Of a stretch of 64,000 nucleotides of DNA, positions 56,669-64,000 are shown one piece after another. Under the pieces are notes generated by a model. It ran no database searches. It was not told the origin of the DNA and was given only the letters and a program-made list of their open reading frames with translations. The stretch comes from Candidatus Woesebacteria bacterium RBG_16_42_24 (GTDB lineage: Bacteria > Patescibacteriota > Microgenomatia > UBA8517): the NCBI GenBank assembly GCA_001792115.1, contig MGFX01000006.1, positions 82,537 through 146,536 of the forward strand. Direction: 5' to 3'. A program made the translations under genes and the position numbers. Within the stretch, counting starts at the first letter, position 1. Each line of letters opens with the position of its first letter.

Positions 56669-57439
56669 ATGTCGAAGAGAAAAAAGTTCTTAATAACTTC
56701 AGGGATTCTTTCTCTAGGTTTTTTCCTTCTTCAGTTTCTCAAAGACCAGAATAAATTTATTGCGGTTGGGTTCCTTGCAGTTCTTACTCTGATATTATTT
56801 TATTGGTCGCTGAAAGAGGGCTTAGGGCGCAATATGACCCTTCTTACGTTAATTTTGCCTTTCCTTTTTACCTTGGGAGTGGGGGCCTTTTGGTTTCTTC
56901 TTCCGGTTAATGTTTTTACCCGAATACCGATTGTTGCACTTTACTTAGCAGGAATATATGTTTTGTGTCTCACCGCAAATATCTATACAGTGGCGGCCAT
57001 AAGAACGATTGCGCTTCTACGTGCCGCTCGTGGAGTAGGATTTGTACTCACTCTTCTCGTTTCCTTCCTAATTTTTGACGCAATCTTCTCACTTAAACTC
57101 ACGCCGTGGTTTACAGCTCCTTTAGTAGGAGTTTCGTCATTTCTACTTTTTGCCCAGGGGCTCTGGGTTATAAGTCTGGAAAAGGAATTTTCCAGAAATT
57201 TATTCTTAATTCCCACTCTCTTTGGCTTGGTAATGGGGGAGATTGCAATCTTACTTTTTTTCTGGCCGGTGACGGTTGTGGTAGGATCGCTTTTTTTGAC
57301 AGTCTCGGTCTACATGCTTCTCGGACTTGGACAGGCAAAGCTGGAGGAGCGGCTTTTTCCTTCAACGGTTAGGGAATACCTGGTAGTAGGGGTACTCGTT
57401 TTTATCGGAATGTTTTTTGCGACCCGCTGGGGAGGATGA
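56669..57439 (+). CDS. Multi-TM hypothetical protein
   Basis: About 9 hydrophobic helices. Confidence 0.8.
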   Translation: MSKRKKFLITSGILSLGFFLLQFLKDQNKFIAVGFLAVLTLILFYWSLKEGLGRNMTLLTLILPFLFTLGVGAFWFLLPVNVFTRIPIVALYLAGIYVLCLTANIYTVAAIRTIALLRAARGVGFVLTLLVSFLIFDAIFSLKLTPWFTAPLVGVSSFLLFAQGLWVISLEKEFSRNLFLIPTLFGLVMGEIAILLFFWPVTVVVGSLFLTVSVYMLLGLGQAKLEERLFPSTVREYLVVGVLVFIGMFFATRWGG

Positions 57440-57904
57440 AGACAATTGAAAATCGATAATTGACAATTGAAAATTTTCAGAGACACATACTAAGAGGGGA
57501 GAGAGGGGAGTAACTTCAAATATTTAGCAATACACCCCATAATTTGCCAATACTTTTCACAAATATTATAGGTAGTTTTCACAAAAAGCGACGTAACGGG
57601 TTCGCCGAAGATTAACCGAACAAGTAATGATATAGAATGATCTAGTCATTGGGCACGGAGAAATAGTGTCTAGCCTGGCTCTTCTCCCTTTAATGTGGAT
57701 AACTATTTACTCAGTCTCTCATAGAACTCCCCAGGGAGGAGGTAGAGGATATTATCTTAAAGAGTCTCTAGGAGAGTTGTTCTACAAATTTAATAGGTAA
57801 TAAGTAACCTCACAAGGCGAAGGTGTATGAGAATCTGTATTCTCTTTAGATGCCCCCACGGTTTTATTTAAGAGACGCGCTAGCCGGGGAAGAACGATTG
57901 TATA

Positions 57905-57932
57905 TTGTCGCACAATAATACTTTTACGACGT
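57905..57932. other. Candidate dif-like Xer recombination site
   Basis: 11-6-11 imperfect dyad TTGTCGCACAA-TAATAC-TTTTACGACGT in an ~800-bp intergenic region about 1.1 kb from xer. Confidence 0.5.
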
Positions 57933-58258
57933 AACCAAGATTGACTCTGGGAGGAGAGTATTTTCTCTACTTTACTATCTTTCTTCTTATTTATTTAATG
58001 TCATAAAAGTTTTTTCTATTCAAATTACTCTATTTTTGGTTGGGTCCACCAATTTTTTAAACCGAATAAAAAGCGAAGGAATTTAGCCTTCCTGCTACTC
58101 CTCTGGTTTAGTGTACTTTTGTGGACCTTTTGTAATTTCCGAACAAATTGAAGAAAATCCCATATATTCGGGACGATTAGATAGTCGTCTTTATCAAATG
58201 ACAGACCTTAGAATCGATTTGGCGAGATCGTTATTGTATGTTAGAATCGCATTTAAAT

Positions 58259-58954
58259 ATGGCTGACGGAGTTGAAAAGCGACCATTTTTCCCATATCCG
58301 GAATTTTATTTGGGAAGTCAGGGTAAATATGTTCACAACGAGTGGACCAGATTTGCCGATGATAAATTAATGACCCAGCCCAATATGGAGCAAGGGTTGA
58401 CACAAGCGACTTATCAGAATTGGCTGGATTGGCAATACGAACTATTTGCGATAAATGATTTGGACAATCCTTTAGAGCGGTCTCCACAGGAGCTCCAATT
58501 AGCCCACAGAATTGAACCATTGTGGATGATGTCTTTTGAGCAAAAACGGTTTTTTCCAGGTGTGGAAATTCTGAGTGCCCCCGGCGATGATTCACTTCCA
58601 AATCGTGTGTCAACATGGTCCGCTACGATTATTGATCCGGCGACTCTCAAGTTTCATAGATTGGAGCGAGAACTGATTCAAGACAGGTTCGGAAACGACG
58701 CTTTTGTAGAAAGATTTTATGAATGTATAACCCGCGGTGATGAAGGAAATCTTCAACAAATTGTTATCGTAACAAGTGGTGGAAGTAATTACGCCTCCGA
58801 TAGACATTTTATGAGAGTTGAACCGATCATTCAGTGGTCGTCGGCATACACTCTAAAAGTTGATAATTTACACCGGTTTTTAGATTTGGCGGATCCGGTT
58901 GATACTGAAGTTAAATCAAAGCGGGATGCATATTTGTTAAGGACTTACCCCTAG
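58259..58954 (+). CDS. Hypothetical protein
   Basis: ~231-aa ORF with TAGAAT upstream. Confidence 0.65.
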   Translation: MADGVEKRPFFPYPEFYLGSQGKYVHNEWTRFADDKLMTQPNMEQGLTQATYQNWLDWQYELFAINDLDNPLERSPQELQLAHRIEPLWMMSFEQKRFFPGVEILSAPGDDSLPNRVSTWSATIIDPATLKFHRLERELIQDRFGNDAFVERFYECITRGDEGNLQQIVIVTSGGSNYASDRHFMRVEPIIQWSSAYTLKVDNLHRFLDLADPVDTEVKSKRDAYLLRTYP

Positions 58955-59022
58955 TTGGCCATATCCCATTGTGTCGCACAATCTTGACACACTAACCCGA
59001 TTTTGATAAGCTGACTTTATAA

Positions 59023-59979
59023 GTGGCTGATACTGCCCAGGTTAGTCAGTCAGAGATTGGTAAGAAGACAGAAGAATTTCTCGATTATCTTCAGGTCGAG
59101 CGTGGTTCCTCTCCCCTAACAATAAGAAACTATAGGCATTACTTAAACCGATTTATAGGGTGGCTTGGTGTCGAGCATATCCACCAGGGACTCAGCGATA
59201 TCAACTCAGAAATAGTTAGGCGTTTCAGAGTTTATCTCTCGGGTCTTTCGGACCGAAAAGGCGGGACCCTTGGTAGAAAAACCCAAGGGTATCATGCAAT
59301 TGCCTTAAGGAGCTTCCTTAAATGGCTAATCAAGAATGACTATAAAGTTTTGGCTCCAGAAAAAATCGACTTGCCCAAGATTCCAGAAAGGCAAGTTAAA
59401 TTCCTCTCGGGGGACCAAGTAGACAGACTCCTTAACTCCCCTTCCCTGTCAACTATTCAGGGAAAGCGTGATAAAGCAATATTAGAAGTATTTTTTTCCA
59501 CGGGCCTTCGGGTTTCAGAGCTTACTAAATTAGACCGCGACAAGATTGACCTGGACAGGAGAGAATTTGGTATTGTAGGAAAAGGGGGTAGAGCAAGAGT
59601 TGTATTTCTTTCGACTCGTGCGGCAGAATGGCTTCATAAGTATTTGGGAGAAAGGCGCGACCATTATAAACCTCTTTTTATTCGCCATAAGGGGAAAGTC
59701 GAGCCCACAACAGCCGACGAAAAAATGCGCCTCACTCCCCGCTCGGTGCAAAGGATGATAAAAAAGTATGCAAGAAAAATAAAACTTCCGGTTGACGCTA
59801 CTCCCCACGTACTTCGCCATTCATTCGCCACAGACCTTCTTATGGCCGGGGCAGACATTAGAAGTGTCCAGGAAATGCTTGGACACAAAAACATCTCCAC
59901 AACCCAAATTTACACACACGTTACCAATAAGCAACTCCGAGAGGTGCACTCCGCCTTCCATGGTAAGGGTGGGAATTAA
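59023..59979 (+). CDS. Tyrosine recombinase, XerC/XerD family
   Basis: TGLRVSEL, GKGG, HVLRHSFAT, LGH and TQIYT give the full catalytic set; TTGACA-17 nt-TAAGCT promoter. Confidence 0.95.
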   Translation: MADTAQVSQSEIGKKTEEFLDYLQVERGSSPLTIRNYRHYLNRFIGWLGVEHIHQGLSDINSEIVRRFRVYLSGLSDRKGGTLGRKTQGYHAIALRSFLKWLIKNDYKVLAPEKIDLPKIPERQVKFLSGDQVDRLLNSPSLSTIQGKRDKAILEVFFSTGLRVSELTKLDRDKIDLDRREFGIVGKGGRARVVFLSTRAAEWLHKYLGERRDHYKPLFIRHKGKVEPTTADEKMRLTPRSVQRMIKKYARKIKLPVDATPHVLRHSFATDLLMAGADIRSVQEMLGHKNISTTQIYTHVTNKQLREVHSAFHGKGGN

Positions 59980-60483
59980 ATGAAGACGATTATTTTGCCC
60001 GGCTACTCGCTCCATAATAAGGATTGGGCGCAAGATTTAAAAAGAGAGCTTAATTTGGGACACGAGATTATTGTTCACAATTGGGAACATTGGCAAGGCA
60101 AAGCGAGCCTCTCTCCCAGAAGGGAAACCGCAAGAATTTTGCAGGAGTTAGGGGAAGGTGAGGTCAATATCATCGCAAAATCTGTAGGGACGTTTATTTG
60201 CGTAATTCTTGCTCCCAATTTGAAAGGAAGGGTCAGAAAAGTTATTCTCTGTGGTATTCCATCGGTATCGAATGATAGAAAAGAAAAATTCATAGATGGT
60301 TTGAGAGAAATTCCCAGCGAAAATGTGATTTGTTTTCAGAATGCCGGGGATCCGTTTGCCTCATATGACGAGGTCAAGATTTTTTTAGCGGGTGTTAGTC
60401 CGAAAATAAAGGTTATTAAAAAAGAAAGAAGCGACCATAGCTACCCATATCCTGAAGAATTTACGCGGTTCTTAAATGAATAG
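59980..60483 (+). CDS. Small alpha/beta hydrolase
   Basis: LPG, AKSVG elbow, DP and DHSY (Ser-Asp-His pattern). Confidence 0.75.
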   Translation: MKTIILPGYSLHNKDWAQDLKRELNLGHEIIVHNWEHWQGKASLSPRRETARILQELGEGEVNIIAKSVGTFICVILAPNLKGRVRKVILCGIPSVSNDRKEKFIDGLREIPSENVICFQNAGDPFASYDEVKIFLAGVSPKIKVIKKERSDHSYPYPEEFTRFLNE

Positions 60484-60487
60484 TGAA

Positions 60488-63112
60488 TTAGTTTTCGCCT
60501 TCTGGTTGCACTGTTTCTTTTTCAAGACAAGCAACGGCCGCAACTGAATCTAATTTTGAGGTAAAGCGCATAAGAATCACTCCCTGGGTGGCACGCCCGA
60601 GCCGGGGAATATTTTTGACAGGGAGCTTTATTACTTGTCCAGCCTTGGAGGTTATAACCACCTGTTCCATTTTTTCGGTGAGCATAATTGCTGCGGCCAA
60701 ATTTCCAGTTCTGGTATTTGCAACGGCCGCCTTGACTCCTTTACCGCTTCTTTTTTGCAGAGGAAAGAGGTGGACTCCCGTTCTTTTGCCCAATCCCCTT
60801 TCGGAGATAGTTAGGATGTCGCGGAATACTTTCTTTCTTTTATCTTTGGTTTTAGGAGCCTTACTTGCAAAAACCTCCATGGATATAACTTCATCGGAAG
60901 GTTCAAGTTTCATTCCTGTGACCCCGCTAGTAGCTCGCCCCATGGGCCTCGCGTTTGTTTCAGGAAAACGGATAGCTTTTCCCATCTTGGTAATTATTAG
61001 AATGTGGTCGTCGCCGGATGTTTGATGTGCCGAAACTAAGGAATCCGTACCCCTTAATCTAATCGCGATTAGTCCCGAAACCCTAAGGTTTTCGTACTCG
61101 GAAAGGAGCGTTTTTTTGACTATACCTGAAGCCGTTGCCAGGATTAGATGTTTTCCCGAACCATTTTTCTCAAGAGGCAAAATGGAGCGGATTTCTTCTC
61201 CTTGCTCTAAGTTTAAAAGGTTGACAAGGGCTTGGCCTTTAGCTTGGCGAGACGATTCGGGAATTTCCCAAGCTTTAGTTCCGAATACCCGGCCTTTATT
61301 TGTGAAGAAAAGAATGAGGTCGTGGGTGGTTGCCGAAAGAAAATGTTCTATTTCATCTTCCTCTTTTGTGGTCATTCCGACAACGCCCTTGCCACCCCGC
61401 CTCTGGGCTTTATAGGTCCCCCGCGAAACCCGTTTAATATAACCAGTTTTGGTAACGGTTATTAAGGTTTCTTCCTTGGGCACAAGGTCCTCCTCTGAAA
61501 ATTCTCCCACAGCCGCCTTATAAATCTTAGTCCGACGCTCATCCCCAAATCTCTCTTTGAGTTCGGTTAATTCCTTGACGATAATTTCAAGAACCTTTTC
61601 GGGATTTTTGAGAATTGCGGTAAGAGTATCGATAAGCTTCTTCATCTCTTCGTACTCTTTCTCGATTTTCTCCCGCTCAAGTGCTGCTAAGCGTCTTAAT
61701 TGCATATCTAGAATTGCAGTTGCTTGAACTTCCGTGAGGCCAAACTTCTTAATTAAATTAACCTTTGCGTCTTCTTGGGTGCGGCTTTTTCGGATTGTGG
61801 CTATGACGGCGTCGAGATTATCAAGAGCGATCTTTAAGCCTTCCAGAATGTGAGCCCGCCTTTTGGCTTCCGTTAATTCAAATATGGTACGACGGGTGAT
61901 GACGCGTTGTCTGTGTTTAACGTACTCAACAAGTATCTGCTTAAGGCCCAGTGTGTGGGGCGTACCATCAACCAGGGCGACAAAGTTTGCGGGGAAGGTT
62001 GACTGGAGTTTAGTATGTTTATAGATATTGTTGAGGACCGCCTTTGGTTTGGCGTCACGCTTGAGCTCGATAACAACACTCATTCCCTCTTTGTCACTTT
62101 CATCTCTCAAATCCGAGATTCCCACAATTTTCTTCTCTTTAACCAGTTCCGCAATTCGGGCCACCATTTCGGCTTTATTGACTTGATATGGAATTTCGGA
62201 GATGACTATTTGTGACCTACCTTTATTGCCTTCTTTAATTTCAGCGATGCCCCTGACCGATATTTTTCCGCGTCCGGTTGCATAAACCTCGCGTAGGCTC
62301 GCGGCGTCATAAATTGCGGCAGCTGTTGGAAAATCAGGACCGGGGATAAGTTCGATGAGTTCTTCAATTGAAATTTCGCTGTCAAAGGAAACAGTGGTCT
62401 GGGAAACTTCCTTTTCACTTAGACTCTTTTCTTCTCCCGAGGCTACGAGATTGATTTTCTTGATAACAAATTCGGCCTCCTTCTCTTGTTGCCTTTCTTC
62501 TTCGACGACCCTACCCTTTTTGATTGTTGCAATAACACCGCTTATGACTTCTCCCAAATTATGCGGGGGGATTTTAGTAGCCATTCCAACAGCAATTCCC
62601 TCCGAGCCCATCAAAAGAAGGTTGGGAAGAAGAGCAGGAAGATAAAGCGGTTCTTTGAGGGTTGCGTCGAAATTGTCCATAAACTCAACTGTTTCTTTTT
62701 CGATGTCGGCAAGTATGTAGTCAGAAATGGTTGCCAATTTTACTTCTGTGTAACGCATTGCCGCAGGAGGGTCACCGTCAACTGAACCGAAATTCCCTTG
62801 TCCGCGCACCAATGGGTAGCGCATCGAAAAATCCTGAGCGAGGCGTACCAGAGCGTCATAGACCGGTACGTCTCCGTGAGGATGATATTTCCCTAGTACC
62901 TCTCCGACAACTTTGGCGCTTTTGCTAAAGGAGCCTCCCGAGTGAAGTCCCATTAAGTGCATCGCATAAAGAATGCGCCTATGAACCGGCTTTAGGCCGT
63001 CTTTGACGTCCGGAAGAGCGCGGGCAACAATTACACTCATTGCATAATCGAGGTAACTTTGAGAGAGTTCAGTGGTTATTTCAGTGAGTTGGACTTTTCC
63101 GATTTCTGACAT
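60488..63112 (-). CDS. gyrA: DNA gyrase subunit A
   Basis: [22 protein letters not shown] and GyrA-box QRRGGKG. Confidence 0.97.
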   Translation of the reverse strand: MSEIGKVQLTEITTELSQSYLDYAMSVIVARALPDVKDGLKPVHRRILYAMHLMGLHSGGSFSKSAKVVGEVLGKYHPHGDVPVYDALVRLAQDFSMRYPLVRGQGNFGSVDGDPPAAMRYTEVKLATISDYILADIEKETVEFMDNFDATLKEPLYLPALLPNLLLMGSEGIAVGMATKIPPHNLGEVISGVIATIKKGRVVEEERQQEKEAEFVIKKINLVASGEEKSLSEKEVSQTTVSFDSEISIEELIELIPGPDFPTAAAIYDAASLREVYATGRGKISVRGIAEIKEGNKGRSQIVISEIPYQVNKAEMVARIAELVKEKKIVGISDLRDESDKEGMSVVIELKRDAKPKAVLNNIYKHTKLQSTFPANFVALVDGTPHTLGLKQILVEYVKHRQRVITRRTIFELTEAKRRAHILEGLKIALDNLDAVIATIRKSRTQEDAKVNLIKKFGLTEVQATAILDMQLRRLAALEREKIEKEYEEMKKLIDTLTAILKNPEKVLEIIVKELTELKERFGDERRTKIYKAAVGEFSEEDLVPKEETLITVTKTGYIKRVSRGTYKAQRRGGKGVVGMTTKEEDEIEHFLSATTHDLILFFTNKGRVFGTKAWEIPESSRQAKGQALVNLLNLEQGEEIRSILPLEKNGSGKHLILATASGIVKKTLLSEYENLRVSGLIAIRLRGTDSLVSAHQTSGDDHILIITKMGKAIRFPETNARPMGRATSGVTGMKLEPSDEVISMEVFASKAPKTKDKRKKVFRDILTISERGLGKRTGVHLFPLQKRSGKGVKAAVANTRTGNLAAAIMLTEKMEQVVITSKAGQVIKLPVKNIPRLGRATQGVILMRFTSKLDSVAAVACLEKETVQPEGEN

Positions 63113-63234
63113 ATTAATGCAACAAAAATGAGGCTAGTTAGCCTTGCTATATTTTACCTTCTTTGAGCATGTAAAACAAGGGTCAAGAGTTAGATCATTT
63201 GGCCATATTATTGTGTTAAAATAAACCTCGTTAA

Positions 63235-64000
63235 ATGAAAATCCTAAAAAATTTCATCTTAGTTACGTTTTTGTTAGTTTTGGGTGCGGGGATATTATTC
63301 TATAGCAAACTAATTGTTCCAAAAATTACCCAAGAGTCAGTTAGCGAGTCATCCTCCCCAGAAGTCCTGGGGGTTCCATCCCAGAACCCTGGAATAGACC
63401 TTGAATGGAAGGGGTCGGATATTAGGGCGCATTACTTTCAAGTTAAAGAGGTTTCAAAAATTAGACTTCTGCCCAATTTTGCCGAAAAGAAAACCTCAAG
63501 AGAAATTTTTGAGGAGGAAAGCTGTTCCGCTTTAGTCAACGGCGGATTTTATACCCCCGAATCGACCCCCACGGGGTTATTTATAAGCGAGGCTGTTCAA
63601 ATCAAAAGTTTTGTGGTTTCCCAACTTTCAAACGCCGTATTCTCCGTTAATGACTTTGAAACGCCAAGAATTACCAGGATGCCTCCCGAGGACCCGCTTC
63701 GCTTAGCGGTTCAGGCGGGACCACTTCTTGTCGAAAACGGACATAATCAAGATTTAAAGTTGGTTCGTGATGAACAAGCAAGGCGGGTGGTTGTAGGAGT
63801 TACCGATAGCAATGAAACTGTTTTTGTCGTTTTTTATAATCAAGCTTCAGCCTTTACAGGGCCGAGGCTTGATGATTTACCCGAACTTTTAGTATCCTTT
63901 CAGCAAAAAGCCGGGCTAAGCTTAGCCGATGTCATGAACCTGGATGGTGGAGCAGCTTCTTCCTTTATTACCCAAGATGTGAGCCTTCTTGAGGTCTCCC
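63235..64000 (+). CDS. Phosphodiester glycosidase (NAGPA/DUF2233)-like exported protein, partial
   Basis: Manual translation: N-terminal TM, VNGGFY, QAGPLL and NLDGG motifs; runs off the window. Confidence 0.75.
   Translation, partial: MKILKNFILVTFLLVLGAGILFYSKLIVPKITQESVSESSSPEVLGVPSQNPGIDLEWKGSDIRAHYFQVKEVSKIRLLPNFAEKKTSREIFEEESCSALVNGGFYTPESTPTGLFISEAVQIKSFVVSQLSNAVFSVNDFETPRITRMPPEDPLRLAVQAGPLLVENGHNQDLKLVRDEQARRVVVGVTDSNETVFVVFYNQASAFTGPRLDDLPELLVSFQQKAGLSLADVMNLDGGAASSFITQDVSLLEVS

Noticed and set aside
57694-57702. Perfect DnaA box (TGTGGATAA) suggesting oriC
   Set aside because: Only one perfect box, no dnaA/dnaN nearby, and core genes point toward rather than away from the region
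59023-59979. Prophage or integron integrase
   Set aside because: Looks like a chromosomal Xer; no phage genes and no obvious IntI-specific insertion

Overview
The window is chromosomal DNA from a reduced-genome bacterium. Gene content, short EF-Ts/RF1/ProRS forms and apparently leaderless genes suggest Patescibacteria/CPR, probably Microgenomates (inference, no search run). Most of it is housekeeping (mreB-pbp2-dprA-topA, rpsB-tsf-frr-rseP-proS, glmS-yvcK, dnaX-ybaB-recR-cysS, ychF, rpsF-ssb-rpsR, dnaB, efp, yebC, xer, gyrA, tRNA-Leu(CAA)). Six things stand out. (1) A nucleotide/folate island at 6.7-13.0 kb: two dCTP-deaminase/dUTPase-fold genes, a double-domain ThyX, a deoxynucleoside kinase-thymidine kinase fusion with altered motifs, and a formiminotransferase plus cyclodeaminase pair. 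(2) A small GIY-YIG nuclease gene nested in tRNA-Leu fragments; its start codon comes from a copy of the tRNA D-arm, and each fragment is interrupted by a short palindrome. (3) The same palindrome families are inserted in frame into conserved genes (cysS, ssb, efp, yebC, ychF, recR, aminopeptidase), together with ~170-nt fold-back elements (one inside dnaX), heptamer arrays and IS200/IS605-like mini-elements. (4) Cassettes have accumulated behind htrA, bounded by repeated copies of its 3' end. (5) A candidate dif site lies near a Xer recombinase. (6) HisRS and RF1 are truncated. Several starts were moved downstream of the ORF track using recognisable N-termini and adjacent -10 boxes.
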